From a virus: DNA of 64,000 bases. The notes under the pieces were generated by a model that did not search any database, was not told where the DNA came from, and saw nothing but the letters and a program-made list of their open reading frames with translations. Position 1 is the first letter of the stretch, and the number at the start of each line of letters is the position of its first letter. A program made the position numbers and the translations under genes. Shown piece after piece: positions 18,746-29,200 of the stretch. The stretch lies in the IMG/VR virus record IMGVR_UViG_3300020446_001892, positions 1-64,000 of that record. One strand, written 5' to 3'.

Positions 18746-21562
18746 TTAAACATTGTATTCATAATTTGCGAAAACTATATATTGTTCATCTGATACGCCT
18801 TCTGAACTATCTATAATTACTCTGTCGATATCTAAATCATATTCTGTAAAATCAATATTTTTTAGACGTAAGTTGCTTGCTATCAAAGTGCTTGTATCTT
18901 TCTTACAAAAACAAAGCGGAATAGCATTTATCATGCCTAATTCAGCAATTTGATTTGGTTGGCTACTTCTCATCCACAGTGGCATGAAGTTTTTTTCTGT
19001 TTCTCCTAGAGCACGTATATTGTCTTTTATATGAGTTAAATTGCTTATATATCTTGTTCTATCATTTGATCCATCAACAGTCATTGCAGATAGATCAACA
19101 GTTATAGTATTTTCAGGATCAGGTCTTAGTTTTCTACTTGGTATTATACCAGGCGTGAAAGGTATTTTTTTATTGGTACCATCTCTACATGTAATGAAAA
19201 GCTCATGGGCAACATTTTGCGGTATGTTTGTACTTGTAATATTTCTTTCTGGAATAAGTGTAGGGTTTCTAGAAGGTATTAATAAATCATCTCCAAATTT
19301 ATGTGTAACTGCTCCGTCCTCTCTTGTAGATATGTCAATTTTGTAATATTCTGCATCATAGTAATCATTTCCGCTTTCGTATTTTGTACTATTGACTAAA
19401 ACTTTTTCATTATTAAAAATTGTAATCTTCTTTTTTGTTTTATTTTTTGTTTTACTTTCTTGTAGATCGTTTACCTCAAGATAAACAACTTCATATACTA
19501 TGTCATTTGTACCTGGATTTTTTGCTACTGCTGTTTTTATTTTTCCAGTAGTATATTTCTTTCTTTTTGCATTTTGTGATAATGCCGCTACAAAAGATGA
19601 TACGTTCTTTGATTCAATTCCTGGGTATACAAGCATCTTCATTTTTGTTTGTAATCCAAAATTAGGATCATTAGGACGATACAAATATGACGGAGGAAAT
19701 ATTTCAGAATCATTTATTAAGTCACTGAATAATCTGCGTCTTTCTGGAGTTAGCATAGGAGCCATATGAATATTACTATATAATTTATTGTCTGGATCAG
19801 ATAACGTTATAGTAAATTCTCTATCAATAGCACTATATCCAAATTGATCCCTAGCTGTCACAGTAAACTTATATGTTCTATCAAACCTTGTTGCATTTTG
19901 ATCTAAGGTAAAAGTTTGTGAATCGAATACAGTTAATCCTGGTTTACCAATAGATCCAAAGCTATTAACTTTACCAATTATTTCTCCTTCTAATGACAAA
20001 GATAAGCCAAAAGGTAAATTTCCTGATTTTATTGTGTAAAGCATTGTAGCGTTAGGAACAGTTGTATTTGCTTTTAATGCTAACGTGCTTATATAATTTG
20101 CACTGAATTCTCCAAGATTTGCAGGAGTTGTCCAAGCAATGGTACTGTCTACTTCTCCTAGCATTTTTACAACAAATGTTTTTTCGCTTTCTGCTATTTC
20201 TTCTTCAACTAATGCAATAGTACCTAAATCTAAACTTGTCTGACTAGGAATAGTATCAATTAATGGAGACGTAAGATTCACAACATCAAAGTCGTTACTA
20301 ACATTTACTTGCACGTTAGACACAGTGTATGTTCTACCTAAGTAAGTAAATGTTCTTCCTGGCACTTTTCCAACATATGTAGGATCAAATTTATTCATTT
20401 TAATTTGTGTCAAGCCAGCATTAGTAGACTCATAGGCAAATTTTAAAAGTTGGACTCTATCTGTATCATAACCTATTCTTTTTGCTACAACAGTAAATTT
20501 ATATTCAGTTGTAACTGCATTTTGATATGGTACACGCCCAGCTACTTCACCTGTGGTTGTATCCAAAGATAATCCTGGAGGAAGCAAGCTAGGACTACCG
20601 TCGTCGTTAGTACCTTTAAGATAATAAGATACTACACCACTAAGTGTATTTGCATCTATAATATCTAATATTAATGTAACATAATTATTTGCTCTCCGAA
20701 AGCCAAAATCTCTTGGGGTAATCCAGATAGGAACTCTAATATGTGAAATATCAGCAGTAAAAGTATTTGTCCCTACTTGCATAATAGTGTTATCAGAGCG
20801 TAAGAAGTCGTCACCGACAACGTATATTCTAAATTTTCTATTTGCTACTGTATCGCCGTCACTGACAGAAACTATAAATTCATAGTACCTATTTAATTTT
20901 TTTGGTGATTGAGTAGGTGTGCTTAAATCATAAGTTGTTGTATCATAGTAAAAACTATCAAAACCATTATTATCAGGAATACTCCAGTCATAACCAGTTT
21001 TAAGATCTTCATCATATCCTACTTCATCATAATAACCACTAGCACTCCTTAGTTCTATGGCCCTTATAGGATCAACTATTCCAACTAACCTACCATCTGT
21101 AGTTAGTCTTATGCCTGGAGGTAATTCTCCGCCTAAACTACCTATAAAATATTCTAATTTTTGGCCAGCTTCGGTATCAGTGTCTATAACTTCTAGCTGA
21201 AAATCTATAGGAGCACTATCTAATATATAGTATACACCGTTGTTCCCTGCTGGTAATAAATCTTCAGGAGTTTGCCAAACAGGCAAATCTGCTCCTTGAA
21301 CTATTATATTAAATGTTCTATCACTTATTTCGTTATTAAACGTTGCCCTTAAAACAAATCTAAAATTAGTTTCTCTCGGGACTTCTCTTGGTGTGCCTTT
21401 AAGTTGTATACCATCAAGATAAATTCCACCAGGTAACTTTCCGCTTATCAAACTGACTGTAGCATTTGTTTCTGATAGCGGCAAGGTATAAGGAGCAATA
21501 GTTACTTGCTCGTCAAGTGTAAGAAGTGTTTTACCTGATATTTCTGTCCAATAATTTGCCAT
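18746..21562 (-). CDS. Baseplate wedge-like protein with repeated Ig-like (He_PIG-type) domains
   Basis: Repeated G.LP.Gl.L...G.i.G motifs; 938 aa in the structural module. Confidence 0.7.
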   Translation of the reverse strand: MANYWTEISGKTLLTLDEQVTIAPYTLPLSETNATVSLISGKLPGGIYLDGIQLKGTPREVPRETNFRFVLRATFNNEISDRTFNIIVQGADLPVWQTPEDLLPAGNNGVYYILDSAPIDFQLEVIDTDTEAGQKLEYFIGSLGGELPPGIRLTTDGRLVGIVDPIRAIELRSASGYYDEVGYDEDLKTGYDWSIPDNNGFDSFYYDTTTYDLSTPTQSPKKLNRYYEFIVSVSDGDTVANRKFRIYVVGDDFLRSDNTIMQVGTNTFTADISHIRVPIWITPRDFGFRRANNYVTLILDIIDANTLSGVVSYYLKGTNDDGSPSLLPPGLSLDTTTGEVAGRVPYQNAVTTEYKFTVVAKRIGYDTDRVQLLKFAYESTNAGLTQIKMNKFDPTYVGKVPGRTFTYLGRTYTVSNVQVNVSNDFDVVNLTSPLIDTIPSQTSLDLGTIALVEEEIAESEKTFVVKMLGEVDSTIAWTTPANLGEFSANYISTLALKANTTVPNATMLYTIKSGNLPFGLSLSLEGEIIGKVNSFGSIGKPGLTVFDSQTFTLDQNATRFDRTYKFTVTARDQFGYSAIDREFTITLSDPDNKLYSNIHMAPMLTPERRRLFSDLINDSEIFPPSYLYRPNDPNFGLQTKMKMLVYPGIESKNVSSFVAALSQNAKRKKYTTGKIKTAVAKNPGTNDIVYEVVYLEVNDLQESKTKNKTKKKITIFNNEKVLVNSTKYESGNDYYDAEYYKIDISTREDGAVTHKFGDDLLIPSRNPTLIPERNITSTNIPQNVAHELFITCRDGTNKKIPFTPGIIPSRKLRPDPENTITVDLSAMTVDGSNDRTRYISNLTHIKDNIRALGETEKNFMPLWMRSSQPNQIAELGMINAIPLCFCKKDTSTLIASNLRLKNIDFTEYDLDIDRVIIDSSEGVSDEQYIVFANYEYNV

Positions 21563-21592
21563 ATACTAATCCCTATATAGCATATTTATCGT

Positions 21593-22291
21593 TTATACTA
21601 TAGAGCCAAAATCTGAAATTGTTGATGACGGAGTAATTATAGACCCATAATCAACTGTTGTATTTGCAACTACAAAATCTAGAGCAGAAGTGTAATTATT
21701 TGTAACGTCACCAAAATCAAAACCTCTTACATTCCTCATGCTATTGTACATTGCTGTAACATTAATACCGTCAACTGTACCTGTAAGAGCACCATTCAAC
21801 TCGGTAGCTGTAAGTGAATTGACATTGTTTATGTTATTGTTATTAGCATCTAAATTGCCACCTAAAGATGGATTTGTATCACTTTGCACTAATCCTGTTG
21901 CATCTATGTTTACTGTAATTGTGTTGCCTAGTGCTGTAGTGCTTACATTTGTGCCTCCTTGCACAATTAACGTCCTATTTGCACCTGTTACTGCACCTGT
22001 TCCGCTTGTTGCTTGTAAATTGATTGTTCCAGCATTGTTAATTGTTACTGTATTTTCATCGCTTGTAATTTCTATATTTGTACCAGCAACTAGACTTTTA
22101 AGTCCAATGACACCGTTTTCTTTGCTATAGAATATACCAGTACCAGACCCTAAATTAGTTGCAGTAGCTTGACCTTGCACTCTTAAGTCTAAATCGTCAA
22201 AATTATTGTTGACTTTTACAAAAGCCTGCCTTAGGTCATCTCCTGTACCATCATTTGCTAGTGTTCCTACATTAATTCTATCTATCGGCAT
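21593..22291 (-). CDS. Tail fibre/baseplate-associated protein
   Basis: INVGTLANDGTGDDLRQAFVKVNNNF gp9/gp10-like N-terminus; PSLGGNLD motif. Confidence 0.75.
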   Translation of the reverse strand: MPIDRINVGTLANDGTGDDLRQAFVKVNNNFDDLDLRVQGQATATNLGSGTGIFYSKENGVIGLKSLVAGTNIEITSDENTVTINNAGTINLQATSGTGAVTGANRTLIVQGGTNVSTTALGNTITVNIDATGLVQSDTNPSLGGNLDANNNNINNVNSLTATELNGALTGTVDGINVTAMYNSMRNVRGFDFGDVTNNYTSALDFVVANTTVDYGSIITPSSTISDFGSIV

Positions 22292-22306
22292 ACTTGTCTC
22301 CTACTA

Positions 22307-24334
22307 TTATTTATTCTTCTTAATCCTTATGTTAGGATTACGTATTTGTATACCCTTACTTAAAACACGTCGAATGCCTTTTCTTGTTCTACGATCTATA
22401 TTACCTTGATATAAAACTTTAGCATCTCCTCCTTCAAGGCTGTTATAGTCAAACCAATTAGAATCATTAGTGCTTGTAGATTCAGTCCCTATATAAAAGT
22501 CTGACCCGTCTTGTACATCTAAACTTTGTATCCATTTTTTAACCTGTTTATAAGTCCAATCTCTATTGTGTTCTAATACAGTGGATATAAATCCTGCCGC
22601 CACAGGACAAGCCGCACTAGTCCCTCCGAAACCTGTATCTTCAGGGACACCTACACCAGATCCAGTGTTTGCAGTAAATCCTGGATATGTAGAAGGATAT
22701 CGTCCTTCAGATGCGTAATAAGTGTTTGCGGCGAGAGTACCGTCGGCAGGTAGATAACAGTCTATACCTTCACCTCTATCACTATAACCTACTTTGGCTT
22801 CTTTTGAACTTTTATATTCATCGTCTAAAGCACCTATGTTGATTGTTTTGTAATCTATTGCTCCATTACTTTTTACATGTTTACCACCTTGTTGTGGAAA
22901 TCCTCTACGATTAGTTGTTCCGGTAACTTCTACACTAAATTCAAAAAATGTGCTTTCTTCTAATGTGTCTGAATTATTTTGGGCGATATAATTATCAAAA
23001 TCTGGGTGTCCGTAGTTTACTTGTTTTTGATTACTGTTGCCTGCGGCACATACAAATATTACACCTGAATCAATTAATTCATCTAGAGCAGTTGTTAAAG
23101 AATTTGTTTTCATTTCTGATTTCCAACGCCCGGCGTCTCCTTGTGAGCCCATGTGGCTTAACCAAGCAATACCTGATTCGTTCGTATAAGAAGTTGCAGA
23201 ACCACCTCTGTAGTGATAATAATATGTGCCGCCTGGCTGTTTATTAGCTCTATACCCCCAACTGTTTGAACTTAAGGTTGGATTTTTATTCCCGTAGTCT
23301 GGATTGATTGGCTTCATCTGATGAAAAAGTTTTTGTAAATCGAAACCTTGTTCAATACCTGATCCATAGGAACCATACAAATTCAGCACCCATTTATTTG
23401 CATTGTAAGCCCAACCTTGGGTCCTACCGAAAGTTAATGCACAACAACATGTTGAATGCCTTGTTACAGAAAAAGGTGGAGGGCTTGTGTTATCTCCATT
23501 ACAGTTACTTCTAGTGTAGCTTGAACCTAAAGAACTTACAGTTCCAAATGATTGAAATTTTGTACTCCTGTTAGATGAATTTGTCCACCATCCTCTTGCA
23601 AAACTTTCTACAGGGACAGTGGTCCCGTCGAATCTCGTTGTTAGCCTATTTGCAGAATCTGCGTTAAAATAATCTGGATCCAAGTAGTAAGGAGCATCTA
23701 AAACTAAGTCCAACAAGTCACATGTACCGTTTCCAGGTAATAAATTGCCTCCTACATAATCTGCAGGCGGAGGTGCACCTGTGCAGTTGTTTTGAAACTC
23801 TGGATGTCCTATCCATCCTGCACCGTCGTCTGCTACTATGACATCAACATCTTTACCTGAGCCATATTGCTGTATATTGACATCTCCTACATAATTATCT
23901 GCATAGCCATTTTCTACCCATGGATCTAATTTTTGCATACATCTCCATAATTGGTATCCTGTTCTATTGATGTCATCGTTATTTAAATTATTAGAATTTT
24001 CAAACTCTCTATGGACTTTTACAGTAGTTTGATACCTATCTATTAATTCTGGACGAGTTGCATATATCTCATCTGGTGGTGGAGCATAAGTTTCAGGATA
24101 TTTCATGTAATCTATATTGATAAATTTTACTCTGGGATCTGCCTTTAAGGCTGTTGCCTCTTCGTCAGTCAATAAATAAGATCCTCTAGTAGGACTATGT
24201 AATTTTTCATCTTCTACTGCAACTTGTCTACTAGGAACTGATTCATAGGTGTTGCCATCAGCTATTAATTCTGCATGTAATTCAGTCCATTGTTCTGTAG
24301 TGTGTGTTCCTAGCTGGTAGTACTTTTCACTCAT
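22307..24334 (-). CDS. Subtilisin-like (S8) serine protease
   Basis: VIVADDG (Asp), HSTCC (His), AAGN (oxyanion Asn), GGTSAACP (Ser). Confidence 0.8.
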   Translation of the reverse strand: MSEKYYQLGTHTTEQWTELHAELIADGNTYESVPSRQVAVEDEKLHSPTRGSYLLTDEEATALKADPRVKFINIDYMKYPETYAPPPDEIYATRPELIDRYQTTVKVHREFENSNNLNNDDINRTGYQLWRCMQKLDPWVENGYADNYVGDVNIQQYGSGKDVDVIVADDGAGWIGHPEFQNNCTGAPPPADYVGGNLLPGNGTCDLLDLVLDAPYYLDPDYFNADSANRLTTRFDGTTVPVESFARGWWTNSSNRSTKFQSFGTVSSLGSSYTRSNCNGDNTSPPPFSVTRHSTCCCALTFGRTQGWAYNANKWVLNLYGSYGSGIEQGFDLQKLFHQMKPINPDYGNKNPTLSSNSWGYRANKQPGGTYYYHYRGGSATSYTNESGIAWLSHMGSQGDAGRWKSEMKTNSLTTALDELIDSGVIFVCAAGNSNQKQVNYGHPDFDNYIAQNNSDTLEESTFFEFSVEVTGTTNRRGFPQQGGKHVKSNGAIDYKTINIGALDDEYKSSKEAKVGYSDRGEGIDCYLPADGTLAANTYYASEGRYPSTYPGFTANTGSGVGVPEDTGFGGTSAACPVAAGFISTVLEHNRDWTYKQVKKWIQSLDVQDGSDFYIGTESTSTNDSNWFDYNSLEGGDAKVLYQGNIDRRTRKGIRRVLSKGIQIRNPNIRIKKNK

Positions 24335-24342
24335 AGTAACTC

Positions 24343-26226
24343 CTATACAATATTAATTGTGCCGTTCATATTTGTGTGAGATGTACATTGGTAATACAGT
24401 GTTGCAGGAGCACTCATAGGCACCTTAAATGTAACCACACCAATTGTGCCGTTATTTGTTACACCATCGTTATATGGTGTGCCACTTGTACCAGTTGTTG
24501 ATTGTATTCTAAAAGGATGGGCTCCTGAGGTATTATTAAAAACATATGTTTCACCTCTACGTAAATATAATGTAGGATCATTTTCTGATGAAGGAAACCA
24601 AACATTCCCTGGGTCAGTAAACACATAATGATTGATGCCATCTGCACCTAAGTTAAATTGATACTGCACTGTTTTGCCATTTACATCTAAATTTCCACCT
24701 AATTGTGGAGTCGTATCTTCCACTACATTAGCTATGCCTGCACTACCAGATAAGTTTACCCAAGAACCATTTGCACGACCTTGGAATACATTAGTAGATG
24801 TGTTATATACTAAATCTGCATTTTCAGGACTAAGAGCATCTCGCTGTGAAGTTGTAACAGCAAGCATTTGAAATGGACCACTTGTTGCTTGTATCCTTGT
24901 TCCTGCATTTAATTCTATTTCATTATCTGAAAATATTTCTGGTGTTCCTGATCCAACTGTATTGAAAGATCCTGTAACATTTAAGTCGTTGTCTACTGTC
25001 AAATTATTTTGTACAATTAAGTCGCTTTCGAAAGTTACTGCTGGAGTAATTGTCATTGCACTACTATCAGATGTATCAATGTTTGATCCGCTTAATACTA
25101 CTGCACCGCCTGTCAAAGATGTTGTAGCATTTAAAGATAATATACCTGAAATATTATCAGCTAAACTTAATGATAAAGCAAAAGCGGCCGCTTCTACATT
25201 TATTTCATTTGTAGTGCCTAGAACTTGCATAGTTTCACTTGCAAGGTTTATACTTCCTGTACCTGTGTTTCCTGCTGTGTTAAGAGTGCCTGGCGAACCA
25301 TTAATAGTAATTTCACCTTCTGCATCACTTGAAGTAGTAATACCTGTGCCTCCACTTATTTTAAATGTCTCGCCTCTGTTTATAATTCTTGTTGTACTAT
25401 CGTCTGCCGCTACGGTAATGAATCCACCGCCGCCACCGCCTGACCCACTGCCAATAACTATGCCGTTCATTGTACTATTAGGCGGTAAATCTATTGGTAC
25501 AGCATTAGAACCAAATTTTATTTCACCATTAATATACAAATCTTTAAATTGGTTACTTAAACTTCCTAAATCATATAAAGTATCTGCATGCGGTTTGACA
25601 TTACTTCTAATTGTTCCATCTAAATTAACCGCGGCCAATATGCTATCTATCATAACAGTGCTATCGTCTGCAAATACACTACCTACTAAATCTCCTGAAT
25701 TGTTAACATCTACTGTAATTGATCCATCTGTAAGTTGCGTTAATGTAACAAATCCTGCATCATTTGTTAGAGTAGAAATATTATCTGCAGGCTGTAAAGC
25801 AGACTGTGCTAACGCTCCTTGTGCTTGTGTCGCCGCATCAGTAATACCATAACCGCCTAGTGTAGTAGGAAGACTAGTTATATCATTAAATGTTACTGAT
25901 GTCAAATATCCAGCATCATTTGTTAACACAGAAACATTTTGTCCTTGGCTAACATACTGTGAATCATTTGCAAAAGTTGATACTTGTGTTGGGGTACCAA
26001 TTAAATCACCATAGTCGCCCGTTGTTGCAACCGTTGCAAGATTAAGACCGTTAATAGCAACACCATTTGTAATATTCAAATCATTTGCTGTAATAGTGCC
26101 AGTTGCAGTAATATTAATTGCTCCTGTAATATTATTACCAGTTAGATTTAAACTATCACCATTTGGAAGTTCTTTAATTTTATTACTGTCTGTTGTGTCT
26201 ACAACTAAAGGATATCTATCAGCCAT
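24343..26226 (-). CDS. Tail fibre protein with C-terminal cupredoxin-like domain
   Basis: PTTLGGYGITDA and S.L.ND.G repeats; C-terminal HPF...YYQCTSHTNM. Confidence 0.75.
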   Translation of the reverse strand: MADRYPLVVDTTDSNKIKELPNGDSLNLTGNNITGAINITATGTITANDLNITNGVAINGLNLATVATTGDYGDLIGTPTQVSTFANDSQYVSQGQNVSVLTNDAGYLTSVTFNDITSLPTTLGGYGITDAATQAQGALAQSALQPADNISTLTNDAGFVTLTQLTDGSITVDVNNSGDLVGSVFADDSTVMIDSILAAVNLDGTIRSNVKPHADTLYDLGSLSNQFKDLYINGEIKFGSNAVPIDLPPNSTMNGIVIGSGSGGGGGGFITVAADDSTTRIINRGETFKISGGTGITTSSDAEGEITINGSPGTLNTAGNTGTGSINLASETMQVLGTTNEINVEAAAFALSLSLADNISGILSLNATTSLTGGAVVLSGSNIDTSDSSAMTITPAVTFESDLIVQNNLTVDNDLNVTGSFNTVGSGTPEIFSDNEIELNAGTRIQATSGPFQMLAVTTSQRDALSPENADLVYNTSTNVFQGRANGSWVNLSGSAGIANVVEDTTPQLGGNLDVNGKTVQYQFNLGADGINHYVFTDPGNVWFPSSENDPTLYLRRGETYVFNNTSGAHPFRIQSTTGTSGTPYNDGVTNNGTIGVVTFKVPMSAPATLYYQCTSHTNMNGTINIV

Positions 26227-26256
26227 TTTGGTCCTCGCTACTATATTTATTTTTCA

Positions 26257-29200
26257 TTAAACTCTGCCTACCACAGCGTTTACAACACCTTTGTCCGCAT
26301 CGTCTTTTGTATCTATTGCTTTTCCAATTACACTTCCAACTTTTGGATCGTTATCAGCTACTGCATATCCTGGTATTGCACTTGCAACAAGCATGTCGCC
26401 TTTTTGTATTTTGCCGATTACGTTTACAGGGACTTTACCTTGCAATGCAACCAATGTTTTAATACCTGGGCATTCTTGGTTCATTGTATATGCACTTTGA
26501 TCACTGACAACTCCTGCTACTTTTGTAGATTTGTGTTCTGTGCTTTCAGTAACTTCTTTTTCTCCGCCAAATATTAATACAGTGCCTACTTCATATTCTT
26601 TATCGCCTTCATAGTATTCCGCCAAGTCAGCATATGTAGCTTCGAATCTAGAATTTGCTGTTAGGCTCCATCTACCTGTGACACTACCTGTGGTTGTTGC
26701 GGCACCTGTTGTTAATGTAGTTGCTTGAATAGTCCCTACAGTCAAACTATGTGTGTTTGGATTGTATGTAAAATGGGCGTCATCAGTATCTATGTAAGGA
26801 CGTTGGAATGATGTTCCGTTAGCATCACTAAATAAAACTTGGTAGTTTACTGAATCATTTTTCTCATCAACATTGATATTATTTGCGTTTGTTGCATTAT
26901 CTGCGTTGTCAATAGTTCCTGTAATTTGTCCTGTAACAGTCATTGTATCGTTTACATAAACTGTTCCAGTACCATTAGCTTGAATATTAAGATTTGTATC
27001 AGTTGTCATACTTCTTATGTCATCTGATTCAATACCTGTTGTAGTTACTTTTGCTTCAACGTTACCTCCTGTAACAAAGGTTACAATATCTGCACCACCT
27101 TGTGAGAATCCTGTATTTTCTCCTATACCTATTCCAGTCCCTGTTCCATCTAATTCATCTGGAGCTTCTATGAAACTTGTATAAGTCCAACGTGTTCTTA
27201 CAGCAGATACTTCCGTTGTGCCACCACCTGCTCCGCCTACAGAACCAAACGGTGAGTTTCTATGCAATACACTTTCTGTATATGCAGATATATCTCCAAC
27301 TCTTATTACACCACCTGTGTTAATAGTAGGCTTACTTGATCCAACTGCATCAAGTATTTTTCCTTGTTCTGGTGTGCTAAAAGTAAGTGTATTTGAACTT
27401 TCACTTAACACAACGTTTGTAGAATTTGCACCTACAATAAATGCAGTTGCGTGTAAGTTTCCGCTATCATCACGTTTTGCAATACTAACATTTTCGTTAT
27501 CATATGCAACTTCACTTGTTGTATATACTCCTGTGCCTGTTGTTATAAGTGCTTTTCCAGGATCATTTACTGGATTGCCATATGGCTGTACCGCAGTAAA
27601 GTCTCCGTCTGCTATACCAAGACCTTTATCAACAACATTTGCATAGGTATCAATTTCTGGATCACCAACACCTGCTGTAGTTCTACCAATTATTTGATAT
27701 TGATCTAGTTCAGGTAAATCTGCTAAATCTACTTGATTTTCTTTAAGTGTAACCCAACCATCAGTAACAGTAAAGTCATCGTCATCAAAAGCCGCAACAC
27801 CTAATGATGCTTGTATTGTTTGTGCATCTCCTGTAGGAGCCGCCGCTATTGCTGAGGCAACATTCATATTCAGTTTGCTTTGTACAATAGCATCTGTAGT
27901 GAATTCTGTATTATCAATTGGAGCATGTACATCTGCATTGATTATGCTATCTGCTTCAATCTGTAAATCCCATTCTGTATTTGTTGCACCTCTTGTGACA
28001 GTTAAATTAATATCACTTGCTGTACTTTCTACAGCTCTTACATATTCATCGATAGGTGCTTCTAATATTGCACTTGAAACACTTGGACTTGTTTGTTGGA
28101 CAGATCCTAAATTTGTAAAATCAGTTGCGCCAGGAGTATATGTAAGAATAACAACATTAGCATTCTGTACTTTATCAAATCTTGCTTCCCTTGCTATTAA
28201 TGTACCTGTAGCTCCACCTGATCCTGTTATTTCTTTGTTTGCACTATTAGGGTCAAATAATGTACTTGATTCTGCCTCTACAACTATCTTTCTTACACCT
28301 GTAGGAACAACTAGTTGTTTTGTTAAATTAGCAGGTGATACAGAATGATCAGTCCAGTTTCTTAAATCTGTAATTTCATCATATGCTGATACAGCCTCGT
28401 CCATAAACTCTTTTGTCACAGCATCTTTTAAATCTGTAGGATCTTGAAGGTTAGCAATTTTATTAGAGCTCATGTCTAATGTAGCTTCCATTCCAGTTGA
28501 ACCATTAAGTGCTAAAAATCCTGGATCAAATCTATTTGAACCTGTTAATTGAGCTGTTCCATTATGACCTAATCTTCTGCTCACATAGTTTGCTATAGCT
28601 TTTTCTGTAGGAACTGCTGTATCACTATTATCTGTAAATAGTTCATCATTTGAAAATTCATCAATAGTCACACCTTCTTTAAATCCTAAAGAAGCAGCTC
28701 TACTAATTCCAACTTCACCTGCAAAAGTAATTGATCCTGTAGATTGGTCAACAACAAAATACTTACCTACTCTAAAGAATCCATCGTTATCAGAACTAAT
28801 AAAGAAGACTCTTCCTTTTCTTCTTTCCCATACTTGCGAGCTTGTAGCATTATCAGCATCAGTATAAGGACCTGCTTTTGCTTCTAATCCTCCGACTGCA
28901 CTACCTAATAAAACATTAGGATAGTTACTTGTGTTAAATCCACCTGTACCAATTTCAGTAAAGTCGTGTCCTGTTGCTCTAAGTAATGAAATTGCTATTG
29001 TTATTTCAGCTGTTGTACCATTTATTAATCCAGCATAAACATTTCTTTGAACATCATTTACATAACCAATATTGTTGGCTGTACTACCTGTTACGTCATT
29101 AGCAGTTAACGCTTGTACTTTTAGGAAGTATACACTTTCAGCATCGACCCATGTGCCGCTTGGACCTGTATATGCAGTAAATGTGCTTCCGTTTGTTTTT

